From contig JASCQW010000081.1 of assembly GCA_030264375.1 (NCBI GenBank), forward strand, positions 44,199,521 through 44,263,520: a stretch of 64,000 nt of DNA. The letters run 5' to 3'. Positions 37,383-48,262 of the stretch are shown here, piece by piece. This stretch comes from Carcharhinus longimanus (Eukaryota). The position numbers and the translations under genes were made by a program. Each line of letters begins with the position of its first letter. The first letter of the stretch is position 1. The notes beneath the pieces are model-generated. The model saw only the letters and a program-made list of their open reading frames with translations. It did not search any database and was not told the DNA's origin.

Positions 37383-37655
37383 AAGGCATTAATGAATCAC
37401 GTAACAAATTTAAGTAGATCATAAAATCTTTTGAATGTTACTTTAACCCCTGGTGTAACAATATTTTGGGAACAGCAACACTAATAGAAGGATCCAAAAA
37501 CCAGGAGAAGCTGTGGACGCTTTTATCAATGATTTGTACCCTATGGCTAAGGCTGTGAATATGGTGATCTTAAGTCTGCATGCAATATGTTTTTTGAAGT
37601 AATTGATGTAAATGAAATAAGGAAGGAAGAGGATTGAAGCATAAGTGCAAACATA

Positions 37656-38567
37656 GGCCCAGATTTTTATTCCTAGATCCGGTGCACAGAGACAGAAATA
37701 TTCCCAAGTCTGCAAATGTGTCCTTTAAAATGGGGCTGTCTTTAGTTCTGATTTTTATTGGTTGAGAGGGGTGGGGGCTGTGTGTGTGTCTGGAACAGAA
37801 AATTAACTCTCCCCCCCACCCCCACCAAATCACACAAATGCACACCACCCACGGCCCATGCACCATCCATGTCAACCTATGTCAATCCATGCTCCCCACC
37901 CACCCTCCTCGGCCTCTCATGCCAATCAATGCCCTTCTACCCAGTCTCATGGTCCCTCATGCATCCTCTGTCACTCCATGCTAAGTCAACCCACCTCTCT
38001 CCACCTGCACTACAGTCCCTGATAATCCTATGCCAACCCATCAATTATTCTTGCATCCACCATCCTTACACCCTCCATGCCACCTCACCTAGTATCCATT
38101 GACAGTTTTTTAACAGCTTTGACAATTTTTCAGTTTCTTTGACTATTTTGAGAGTTCTTTGACAATAGTTCTTGGACTCTTCCTTGACAGTTTGAACAGT
38201 TCTTTCAACAATTTTATGCACTTTTTGCACATGTTTACTTATAACCATCTCAAATGGTTTTTTACCTCTCCTAAGGGTGTCAAGAGACAATATCCAGAGG
38301 GGTACTTTGCCTCTCCAAATGAATTAGCCCTTAATTGTTCTAATCTGTAATCCTGTCCTCCAAAAATCCCACTTCAGTGGAGGAAGCTGGAGATTTAAAT
38401 TGCCAGTTGCCACTGTGAAGTGTGTATGCTTGAACCCCTGTCCAATTCCAGTCCTGTCCCCACAAAATTAGGAATTGCTGTGTTCACGAGTGAGACTTAG
38501 AATTTCCAGGCGTGTCTGGCAATTTCATCACAATGGAGAGATTGTCTGTCATGACAAAAACCTTGGC
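37656..38567. mobile_element. Putative non-autonomous DNA transposon with internal degenerate minisatellites
   Basis: Starts GGCCCAGATTTTT (as at 61276), possible right end AAAAACCTTGGC; internal ccatgc(c/t)a and ttgacagtt repeats. Confidence 0.4.
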
Positions 38568-38862
38568 TGTAGCTTTAGAGAACAACATGGATAAAATTAC
38601 CTTTTGAGTACAGCTGACGATTCTGCACAAATTCCACACAAAATTGCATCAATTTTTAAAAGTGCATCTTCTTTTTCCCATAAGGTTCACAGGGGAAGCC
38701 ACCACCACTCTCCTGAGGCAAAAATAGCAGTTGGACCTGGATGGATGTAATTAGAACCCAACCTGCATATTCAAAGAAGGATCGGTTGACCTGATCAATG
38801 TAATATTATAGTAGGTTAGGTTGGCATAGGAATGGAATGGGTAAGTTCCTCACACCTTTCTT

Positions 38863-39156
38863 CATAAAATCTCTACAGTGCAGAAGGAGGCATTTGGCCC
38901 ATCGTACCTACACCAACAACAATCCCACTTAGGCCCCATCTCCGTACCCCCACATTTTTCCTGGTACCCCCTCTGACACTAAGGGGCAATTTAGCACAGT
39001 CAATCCTCCCCGAAACTGCATATCTTTGGATTGTGGGAGGAAACCCATTCAGACACAGGGAGAATGTGCAAACTCCACACAGACAGTGGCCAGAATTAAA
39101 ACTGGTCTTGGAGGTGTGAGGCAGCAGTACTAACCACTGTGCCACCGTGCCACCCT
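38863..39156 (-). mobile_element. HE1-type V-SINE, near full length, CR1-type tail
   Basis: ctacagtgcagaaggaggcatttggcccatcg tail; gtgaggcagcagtactaaccactgtgccaccgtgccaccc head (reverse complement). Confidence 0.9.
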
Positions 39157-40515
39157 AACTGCCCTTTTCCCAGTTCCCGCTGTGCAGGTGAAGTTAACAA
39201 CACCATTTGCACTTCATTAAATGGAATGTGATTAATTTCACAATTCCAAAATCAAATAGTTATTTGTGAACATTAAGTTAGGAATCATCTTATCATTTCC
39301 TATATAAAATTGGCCTAGCAAATATTTTTTCCCTTTGATAATCATTCAGTCTCGTGTTTTGATCCCTAGGCCTGTCCACCCAACTTCAGCACGTATCACA
39401 AGAACATTTCTACACTATCTTGCTTCTTCACACAGACCATACTTTCGTATTCACACAATTATTATTTATTTCAAAAGTATGGATTAAGACCATATTGTCA
39501 TGTTTCAAAGGTGAAAAGCTACATTTCACAACACTCAGTAACCTTATTACAAAAAGAACTGAAAGTGTTGGCAGTATCACACTAGCAAATCCCAGCAAAT
39601 TCTTGGGTTAATCTGATTAATCCTTTGCATTATGTTTTATTCCAGTAGTCTGAAGTCATTTGGTGCACGATAAAACAGTGTATGCCATCCTTCAAATAGT
39701 TGGGCTGTGCTAAAAGTTAAATTGTTCCTTGTAATTGGTCAAATAGAATGTATTAAGCCATAATGTCTTATATAAGACTCTAGATATAAATCTATATCAC
39801 TGCCACGTGTTGGAACAGTCCTAAGGACACAGCATCATTATCTGGATGGGTTTCTGAGATACTATGGAGAGAACTTCACTCTGCATCAAACTTGTAATTC
39901 TGGCTGCTAAAATTAGAAGTGTTCCATTTTGCAATGCCAACATCCCTCACCTTGACAAGTATAATATTTACTGAAAATATAATATTTAATGAAAACAATC
40001 TTGAATATGTAATGCTATTCTTGCTTTCATGATAGTTGAATTCTGCTGCAGCAGAATTAAGCCAAACAGATTTTAGACTTTAAAGCCTCTCCACTATGGC
40101 GAAAATAGTTGAACTGCTGAAAAAATCCTAAGGCCCACTCATTTCCGCTGGGAACAGGGCGTGTTTTGCACATAGATATCTTACAAAGGCCATTTAAGTC
40201 AGTTGCTGCCTTCACTGAAATGACATTTTGGCAGTTATTGAGTATAAAACCCAAAGGCCTATTAACGATCAGATGTTTGTTCCCTGGGTGGGCTCCCCCA
40301 CCAGATGGGCTGCCCCCATATTTTAGTGGATTGGGGTGGAAACAGGGACAATGGCATCTATATAATTCAGTCGATGGCATAAAACAGACTATCCCCACCC
40401 TTCCATCTCCACTGCCTGCAGCGCTGTCCCTCCCTACCACTCCTCCCTGCTCTACCCAGCTAACATAACAATAGGAATTAGCCCAACGAACAGCACACTG
40501 TAGTGGTATAATTAG

Positions 40516-40706
40516 CCATGCTGGCGATGGATTGGGATGGGTACAGTAAGAAGTCTTACAATACCAGGTTAGAGTCCAACAGGCTTCCAGAGTGCTACTC
40601 CTTCATCAGGTGAGTGACTCATTTGATGAAGGAGCAGCGCTCCAAAAGCTTGTGATTCCAAATAAACCTATTGGACTTTAACCTGGTGTTGTGAGATTTC
40701 TTACTA
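40516..40706. mobile_element. Fold-back Penelope-derived element with degenerate hammerhead motifs
   Basis: Imperfect palindrome 40545-40705 centred at 40616; flanked by 12-bp direct repeat tggtataattag (40504-40515, 40707-40718). Confidence 0.8.
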
Positions 40707-40989
40707 TGGTATAATTAGGGCATTAGTACACTAATATTTAATGAAGTAATTGTTACAAAAATTAGAGAACAGTAAGACAAGAACAAAATGTTGTAACCAA
40801 TTTGTTTTGATAGTAGATCAGATGGGGGTGGGTGGATCAGTCATCATGTTCACCTGATCAAGGTGAGAGGTGCAATTGACTGGTTTGTTCGGGCTCATCA
40901 AGATGAAATCAGTGACCTGCCAATGCTGAATGACTGCTGACAGACAGCTCACCAATTGACTGGGAAATCAGGTGGCTGGTGCATATTTT

Positions 40990-41055
40990 ACAAAGGCAAC
41001 GGACAGTGGATGTTGGAAATCTGAAATAAAACAAAAAACATGCTGGAAAGCAGCA
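40990..41055 (-). mobile_element. Penelope-like terminal fragment
   Basis: gtggatgttggaaatctgaaataaaacaaaaaacatgctggaaa is the reverse complement of the tail type at 27660-27718. Confidence 0.6.
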
Positions 41056-41080
41056 CTTCCTGTTTTTATTGTACATTTTA

Positions 41081-42265
41081 ATTTCACTCATGAATCTGGG
41101 CATCGAGGATATGGCCAGCACTTATTGCCCAGCTATCATTGTCCTTGAGAAAGTGATGGTGAACTCTTCTTGAACTGTGGCAATGTGTGTGGTGAAGGCA
41201 CACCCACAATGATGTTAGAAAGGGAGCTGCAGGATTTTGACCCAAAGACTGACGCAATGGTAATATATTTTCAAGTCAGGATGACTAGACAGGAGCTTGT
41301 GGGTGGTGGTGACCTATCCATGAACATGTCCTTCTAATTGGTAAAGACTGCGGGTGTGGAAAGTGCTGTCAGAGGAGGCTTGGCGAATTGCTGTCGCACA
41401 TCATGTAAAAGAAAGAAAGAGTTGCATTTGTAAAGCACCTTTCAGAACAACCGGATGTCTCAAAATGATTTACAGCGTATACTCTTGTAATGTAGGAAAC
41501 ACAGCAGCCAAGTTGAGTACAGCAAACACCCACAGCAGTGTGATAATGGGCAGATAATCTATCCTTCTGGCGTTGGTTGAAGGATAAATATTGGCCAGGA
41601 TTACCTCCTTGCTCTTCTTCTGAGTAGTGGCAGAAAATCTTTTACAACCAGCTGAGCTGACAGGCCTCAGGTTCACATCTCATCCGAGAACTTATCTCAA
41701 ATAGAACAATACTTACTTGACATAGTGCTGTACACAGTGCATACACATTGGAGCCAGTGGAGGAGGGAATGAATGTTTTAAGGTGCTGGGTGGGATGTCA
41801 ATTAAGATTGCTTTCTATCTGGTTGGTCTCACCAGGAACAGTAGCATAATAACTTTGTTACTCAATTAGTAATCCAGAGGCATGGACAGCAATACCATAT
41901 ACCATGATTTTTTTTTAAAGGGGTCCTTGAGTGTTGTTGAAGCTGCACTGATCCAGGCAAGTGGAGTGTATTTCATCATTATGCTGACTTCTATCTTATA
42001 GATGGTGAAAATATTAAAATGCTTTTGAGAGTCAAAGGGAGAGCCACTTACTGCAAAATTGCTCCCTGACCCTGGCTGGTCCAGAGAGTTTTCTGGTCAA
42101 TGATGACCCCTAGTATGTTGATGGTGAATTTGGTGATAGTAATACTGTTGAATGACAAGGAGAGGTGGTTATTTTCTTCTTGTTAGAGATGATCATTGCC
42201 TAACGTTTGTGTGGCACAAATTTTACTTGGCCCCTAACTGCCCAAGCTTGAATATTGTCATGTTA
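41081..42265 (-). mobile_element. CR1-group LINE 3' portion, probable partner of the 10223-10560 SINE
   Basis: cacttattgccc..ccttgagaaagtgatggtg..caggattttgaccca..caagtcaggatg; cttgagtgttgttgaagctgcactgatccaggcaagtggag; gcccaagcttgaatattgtc. Confidence 0.75.
41407..41700 (-). mobile_element. Deu-domain SINE (SacSINE1-like) nested in the LINE
   Basis: aaagagttgcatttgtaaagcaccttt tail; gtaatgtaggaaacacagcagcc; ggttgaaggataaatattggccagga. Confidence 0.8.
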
Positions 42266-42272
42266 AAAACAT

Positions 42273-42880
42273 GGGCTGAATTTTCATCCTGAAATGGGGC
42301 ATGCACACAGGTGGGTGAGTAGATAATTTTGAGTTACTGGCCACTGTGCTACAACCATCTTACTGCCCAGCCATGTTCCTGGAGGTATTTGTGGGGCACT
42401 AGGGCTACCTGCCTGCCAGTGGCAGGTAGACAATTAAAGTGTGTAACAGGTCAATTTTCAGAGGCTGGCTAGGATTGCCTGCAGGGCAAGAGGAACAGTC
42501 CAGCTACCTGGAGGTAGCCTCTCTGTGGCAGACTTATGGCTTTGGGTTACACTTCCCCGCCTGCCTTATTATAGATGCAACCACAGGCTGTCCTCTGAAT
42601 TCCCCTTCCAGATGGTGGCCTGGCATCTGTGACAATATTAAAGTCAAAAGTGTAAAAAGTTGCTGAGAGGGTGCCTGAGGATGATAGATCTGCAATGGCA
42701 AGCTGAAGCTCATTCCCTGCTGGTGGGCCTCCTATTGAATGTCCAACTTTGAAAGCCCATTTACCATCCTTAATTGGACCAAGAATTGGGCAATTCAGAG
42801 ACAATTAGTGTCAAGTGACTGCTGCTAACCAAGTATGGGATCATGATCCTCATTTGATCCTAACAGCGGGATCCTGACCA
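42273..42880. mobile_element. Putative old Harbinger-like non-autonomous element
   Basis: Begins GGGCTGAATTTT; GC-richer interior; right TIR not confidently seen. Confidence 0.3.
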
Positions 42881-43699
42881 AAAGGCCATTGTTACAATAC
42901 CTGGTTTCTTTGCACCTTACCATGACAATGTATTTACATTAGAGTGAATCTACCATATTCAATCTACCAGTGTCATTGATCCAATCTCTCTGAAGATATA
43001 TTTGTTGCATGTGCACAAAGATATCCCTCTAAATATTAGTTTTTTAAAAAATCAGCCTTCAAATGAGGCATTGATTTCCATTTTTATTTCCAATCAAATG
43101 GTGCATTGTAGATTTGGCTGAGGGGTTAAAATATGACAGTAATATTTCTCTTAATCGTTATCCTTATGGACATAGGACAATGACCAAGTTGGCTCTGGCT
43201 CTGATTTTTAAGTTTATCTATAGACTCCTAATACCCTCTTGAGCTGGTTTGGAGTCTTGTCCAAGTAATCATTGTAAACATTGCATTTGTAAATATTGCA
43301 TTTTATCCTTTTAAGACCTGAGTAAATATATACAAACTCAAACTCATTGCATCCATTTGGCATAATTATACTCAATATTGGCCACTTGTGTAAAATATTG
43401 GAGGGCAGCCAGCACCGATAGGTCTGTAACTTTACACCATTCAGTGCCTTCTGAAATGGAGAGAGAAAAGGGAAGAAAATTTTTAAAGTGGCTACAGATG
43501 AGCAGACTGATGCGCCCTGATATTAATACGAAGCTGGCTTCCAAACATGGGGAGAGGGTCAGTGGGAGGGGATACCCGGTGGCCAACTGAGCCTGGTTGG
43601 AATCTGCAAACTCAACTGTATCAAAATTTACTTCCCTTTTTAACATACCTGATCCATACCCACATGCCATGAATTTCAACACAATTTAAATGGACAATT

Positions 43700-43780
43700 C
43701 ACAGGTAGGAAGAATGGTAGGAAGGACTATTACTTACGTGGCGAAAAACTGCAGCAGGCGACGGTGCAGAGGGACCTCGG
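43700..43780 (+). mobile_element. CR1 fragment running into a gap
   Basis: ggtaggaagaat..tattacttacgtggcgaaaaactgcag..gtgcagagggacctcgg (YYLRGEKLQ..VQRDL). Confidence 0.7.
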
Positions 43781-43880
43781 NNNNNNNNNNNNNNNNNNNN
43801 NNNNNNNNNNNNNNNNNNNNNNNNNNNNNNNNNNNNNNNNNNNNNNNNNNNNNNNNNNNNNNNNNNNNNNNNNNNNNNNN

Positions 43881-43957
43881 AACCCCGAAAGCTTGTGAGT
43901 CTATTATCAAATAAATAGGTTGGACTAAAACCTGGTGTTGTCAGACTTTTTACTGTG
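43881..43957 (+). mobile_element. Penelope-type terminus (same family as 40516-40706)
   Basis: ccccgaaagcttgtg..aaataaataggttggactaaaacctggtgttgtcagactttttactgtg. Confidence 0.75.
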
Positions 43958-44149
43958 ATTATACAGCAGCATAGTAATGATAGTGGTTCATCTACCTTTA
44001 ACCTGAATAAAAATGGATATGGACAAGAGATTATTGGGGCTAGGAATGGATAGTTGCAATGGTTTCAAAATGAGATCTGTTTTTAGAAATGTGGTGACTA
44101 ACCTGTCGTAACAATATACAAGTGTCTCTGATTCAAAAGATTTTTTTTA

Positions 44150-44257
44150 AAAGACTTGCATTTATATAGCGGCCTTCACTACTTCAGGACATCTCAAAAT
44201 GCTTCACGACCAATGAAATACTTCTGAAATGCAGTTACTGTTGTAATATAGGAAATT
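44150..44257 (-). mobile_element. Deu-SINE 3' tail fragment
   Basis: aaagacttgcatttatatagcggccttcactacttcaggacatctcaaaatgcttcac..gttgtaatataggaaa. Confidence 0.75.
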
Positions 44258-44391
44258 AAGAATAACATGTTTAGGATCTCATTCCACATATATGACACAT
44301 TTATCCACTTTTAACTGAGTCATCACTGCAAAGAGCACCTGTGTAAGGAAAATTTATTCATACTTAATATAAAACTATTATGTTTGAGGTC

Positions 44392-45105
44392 TGATATTGA
44401 AGACAAATAAAGAACACAAGGTCAGTAGTCATAAACTAACAGAACAGTTTACTACATGTCTTTCTCCTAGCACAGTCAGCACAAGACTTCCCAGGCAAGC
44501 GCCACCCATGTGGGGTGTGAATCCCAGGTCACCTGACCTTCATATAACATATACACATTTTTAACATACATGAATACATAATTCAGCTATATTCGAAAAC
44601 ATGAACATCAACTGTGAAAGGCAATATCAATGTCCATTACAAGGTCTGTATAGACATAATCTGTCTATCTGGAGGATGATGGTTCCTGGACGATCGTCTT
44701 GTTGCCACTTGGCTCTTCTTCCCCACATTTCCGGAAGCTCTTCTCTAACATGGTTAGCTTTTGTTGACATTTCCTCTCTGTTAGTTTCAGAAACACAAGA
44801 CTCAGTCAGTTCCTCAGGCTCCTCTTGCAACAATTTTGTGTCAGGGAGGACATCCCTGCTTTGATAAGAAGCAACCACTAGCTGATCTGTATGTCTTCTC
44901 CAGATACATTCATACTGGCTCTGGGCCACCATTGTTGTAGGTACCCATTTTACCCTTCCCCATATAGTTCTTCGCCAACACAATTTCTCCCTTCCTGAAC
45001 TTCCTTGTCTTTCCCTCTGTTTGGGCCATCTGTCCTGTTTGGTTGATTGTTACCACTTCGCTTGTCTCCTCAGCCGCATCAGGTCAAAAGTAGTCCTCAA
45101 TCTGC
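44392..45105 (-). mobile_element. Gypsy/Ty3 LTR retrotransposon relic: integrase C-terminus plus putative short 3' LTR (44392-44549)
   Basis: RLRTTFDLM, RKFRKGEIVLAKNY/VKWVPTTMVAQ..IWRRHTDQL are typical of Gypsy integrase tails; TGTTATA...AATATCA-bounded segment downstream. Confidence 0.7.
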
Positions 45106-45324
45106 AGCCAAATATTAATGACGGCAAAGAAACTTGGGTCATTGCGTGAAGTGTGTTGTGATCTGTGCTTAAGAATTGAATTGCTTGCTTTCCAAGGGGC
45201 CCATCCTGTTGGAAAACCTTCATGTTGCACCCACGATGGCCAGCTTCTTAGTTGCTCACCCTGCCACGACTTAATGGCTGCTATTTAAACATCTCCCCAG
45301 AACTTGTTTGAAGTCCAACTGAAG

Positions 45325-46360
45325 GAAGGCTGCCAGAAAGACTGCACCATGCTTCATCACGGGGCCCTCAGCAACCTGCTGGATGGGGTCCAACAGAGGC
45401 AGGAGACCGTCTCCCCTCAATCAGACAGATGTCCTGCCAGCAAGATGACCAGCCCTGCTTGGAAATCTGTAGCCGTGATTGCAAGTGCCAGCTCACTGCA
45501 TAACAAAGTGAAGCTGCAGTGCCATAGGGAAAAAAAGAACTTCCTTGAACAGGATAAAGCTGCTTCCTCATGTCTCCCACAGCCTTGACACAGCTCTCAC
45601 ACCTCCACAGTGATCTCAATCTCACCTACCTCACGGGGCTGCCACACTTGTCATGCTGAACCCCTGCCCATGCCCCCCCATCCCCCATAATTCCCATAGT
45701 AGTTCCTCACATCCCCAGTTGCACTCAAACCTCCACGCATGTCAGCCTAAATTACAATCTGACGTGGCACGACTCCTGCTGACATTCTTCCCTTCTGTCT
45801 TATTGCAGGACAAATTTGAGCACAAATGGCATGAGGGAGCACAGCCAGGCGTAGTGATGCCAGAGCTCAGTACTCTTACTTTCTTAGAGGAGCAAGCCTT
45901 TGAGCTTATCGATGAGGAGATGTACCATGCATGTGTAGAGGGTGAGGTGGGGGCCAAAGACACATGTAAGATCCCTCAACAAATCCAGCCATGCTCAAAC
46001 CTCACATGAGTTACTTTTCTCCTATCAGTATTCCCCTGTCCTGCACTAATGCCACCTCTCTTCCACTTCAGGTCAATCAGCAGACCAGCCCGGTTCATCC
46101 TCATGGTCCCTGAAGGTCACAGACCTGAGCAACTCTGAGGCGACATCTCGGAGATCAGCATTGAAGCGGTATCACAGCTGTCACCCGCACCCTCCACTAG
46201 CACAGATACTCACTTCTCGGTGGGAATAAGTAGCAGGCAGGCATCTGGGTCACTCACTGGTGAGCACTTCATACCTGAAGATCCATAATAGGCCAAGCAG
46301 GGATGTCTCATGGATCCAGTGCTTGGAGGGATGAAGGAGCCCAGGACTCTGATGGGGGAG
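45325..46360 (+). pseudogene. Harbinger Myb/SANT-like (NAIF1/MSANTD-related) gene relic, 3 exons
   Basis: Exon 1 ALSNLLDGVQQRQETVSPQSDRCPASKMTSPAWKSVAVIASASSLHNKVKLQCHREKKNFL; exon 2 45809-45965 (ttgcag..gtaag) DKFEHKWHEGAQPGVVMPELSTLTFLEEQAFELI; exon 3 from 46072 (ctaat..cttcag); exon 1 donor lost, frameshift and stop in exon 3. Confidence 0.8.
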
Positions 46361-46364
46361 GCCT

Positions 46365-46765
46365 ATAGAAAACACCCAGTAAAGTTATTGACCCCTTCCT
46401 GTTCCTAACCTCTACCCACAGAGACTCCGTAGAAAATTCCTCCATGGCGTCCATTTTTTCTGCAGCTGTGACATTACTCTGATCAACAGTGCCACTCCCC
46501 CACCTCTTTTGCCTCCTTCCCTATCCCTTCTGAAACATCTGAAACTTGACACTTGAAGTAATCAGTCATGTCCCTGAGTCGTCCAAGCCTCTGTAATGGC
46601 CACCACATCACATATCCAAGTAGTGATCCACACTCTAAGCTCATCCACTTTGTTCATAATACTCCTTGTGTTAAAATAGACAGATCTCAAATCTTCAGTC
46701 TCAGCGCTCCCTTTCTCTATCACCTGCCTATCCTCCCTCTCACACTGTCGACAAGCTCTCTCTAT
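46365..46765 (-). mobile_element. CR1 ORF2 N-terminal (APE endonuclease) fragment
   Basis: Minus strand YFNTRSIMNKVDELRVWITTWICDVVAITEAW..FRCFRRDREGGKRGGGVALLI. Confidence 0.9.
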
Positions 46766-46895
46766 TAAGGGTTATGGGGAGAGGGCCGGAAAATGGAACT
46801 GAGCCACGACAGATCAGCCATGATCTTATTGAATGGCGGGGCAGGCTCGAAGGGCCAGATGGCCTACTCCTGCTCCTATTTCTTATGTTCTTATG
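46766..46895 (+). mobile_element. CR1 3' end (young; same family as 23813-23950)
   Basis: aagggttatggggag..cagatcagccatgatcttattgaa..ggcctactcctgctcctatttcttatgttcttatg. Confidence 0.9.
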
Positions 46896-46942
46896 ACAGC
46901 ACCCGGATGCAATAATGCTTTGCTGGAATTATTGTTGGGTTT

Positions 46943-47234
46943 AAAGTTTATTTATTAAAGTTTATTTATTTATTTATTAGTCACAAGTAAGGCTTACACT
47001 AACACTGCAATGAGGTTACTGTGAAATTCCCCTGGTCACCACACTACGGTGCCTGTTCAGGTCAATGCACCTAACCAACACATCTTTCAGACTGTGGAAG
47101 GAAACTGGAGCATCTGAGAAAACCCATGCAGACGCAGGCAAACTCCATACAGACAATGACCCAAGCCGGGAATCAAACCCAGGTCCCTGGCCCTGTGAGG
47201 TAGCAGTGCTAACCACTGTGCCACCATGCCACCC
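46943..47234 (-). mobile_element. V-SINE with alternative tail, full length
   Basis: tttatttattagtcacaagtaaggcttacactaacactgcaatgaggttactgtgaaa tail plus V domain and tRNA head (reverse complement). Confidence 0.9.
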
Positions 47235-47355
47235 TAAACAGGGTGAAAATAGGAGGCAGAGGGAGCATACTTTTTCCCAGCACTGGGAGCAAGAAACCTG
47301 TAATTCTCTCTAGAAAGGCATACTTGGAGGTAACTGAGGAGATGACCAACAGATG

Positions 47356-47408
47356 TGTTGTGTCCAAGTCAAAGATTTGATGTTGTGTCCAAGTCAAAGA
47401 TTTGATGT
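47356..47408. repeat. Perfect 25-bp tandem duplication
   Basis: tgttgtgtccaagtcaaagatttga x2. Confidence 0.95.
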
Positions 47409-47629
47409 ACAGAATGGTTTAATGACCTAACTGGGAAAGGTGAGTGCATTTGCTGATCGAACTCCCCTTTGTGTGTTTCTACCTGTGCATGTTCTGAATG
47501 CAGTCATTCCTGTAGATGGTCATAGGCTTCTTCTTCTGATGTGTTATTGATCACATTCAAGGAACCTCTCATATTGATGTTGCCAATTTGAAATCCTCAA
47601 AAGTTTGGAAAAAATATAGTAAACACACT

Positions 47630-47756
47630 GGGCGGGATTTTACAGCCTCACTCATCCCAAAACCGTAAAATCCCACCCAAGATCAACGGACTTTCCCATT
47701 GTCCGTCCCTTGTCCGCTCCGATTCCCATAGCGGGCAGGACAGTAAAATTCTGGCC
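47630..47756. mobile_element. 127-bp MITE (Harbinger-like TIRs)
   Basis: GGGCGGGATTTTAC / GTAAAATTCTGGCC; additional internal inverted TIR copy gtaaaatcccaccc at about 47665. Confidence 0.75.
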
Positions 47757-48087
47757 ACAGTACCAAACATTTGTCAAAGGGAACTGAGACAGCAGGTACA
47801 ATAAGTATGATTTTATTTAAATGGAACAATAACAAATTTACCTATTGAATTGCTGTTGAAATTGCCTCGTTTCACTGATTAGTTTCCTGGGTCCATCATG
47901 CTCAAGTGTTCACTGCGCATGAGAGGCATGATGTGGGCTCACATGACACAATTTACTCTGACTATTTAAAAACTCAGTTCAATGATGCTGAAGTACTGAG
48001 GTTCTGTGCAACATGTTCTGTTAGATGGAAGTTGTGAAATAGAATCAGGAAGGGCCAATGTCATTACTCAAATTTAATCAGGCGTAA

Positions 48088-48262
48088 CTGGACACTCTGC
48101 TGTATGCGATAAAGGAAAGGAAGAGTGCTCTTCCTAATGGGAGTAAAAAAAACCTGCTGCTTCAGAAAACCTGCTGGAGGTGAGCAGCAGGAGAGTTGTT
48201 TTAAGTAAGTGGATCCTGTGTAGTAAATGTTTGAGTCATTTATCAGAATGATAAAGGTGAGT
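48088..48262 (+). pseudogene. Harbinger Myb/SANT-like exon 1 relic
   Basis: LDTLLYAIKERKSALPNGSKK../LEVSSRRVVLSKWILCSKCLSHL ending at donor ag|gtgagt (48257). Confidence 0.6.
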
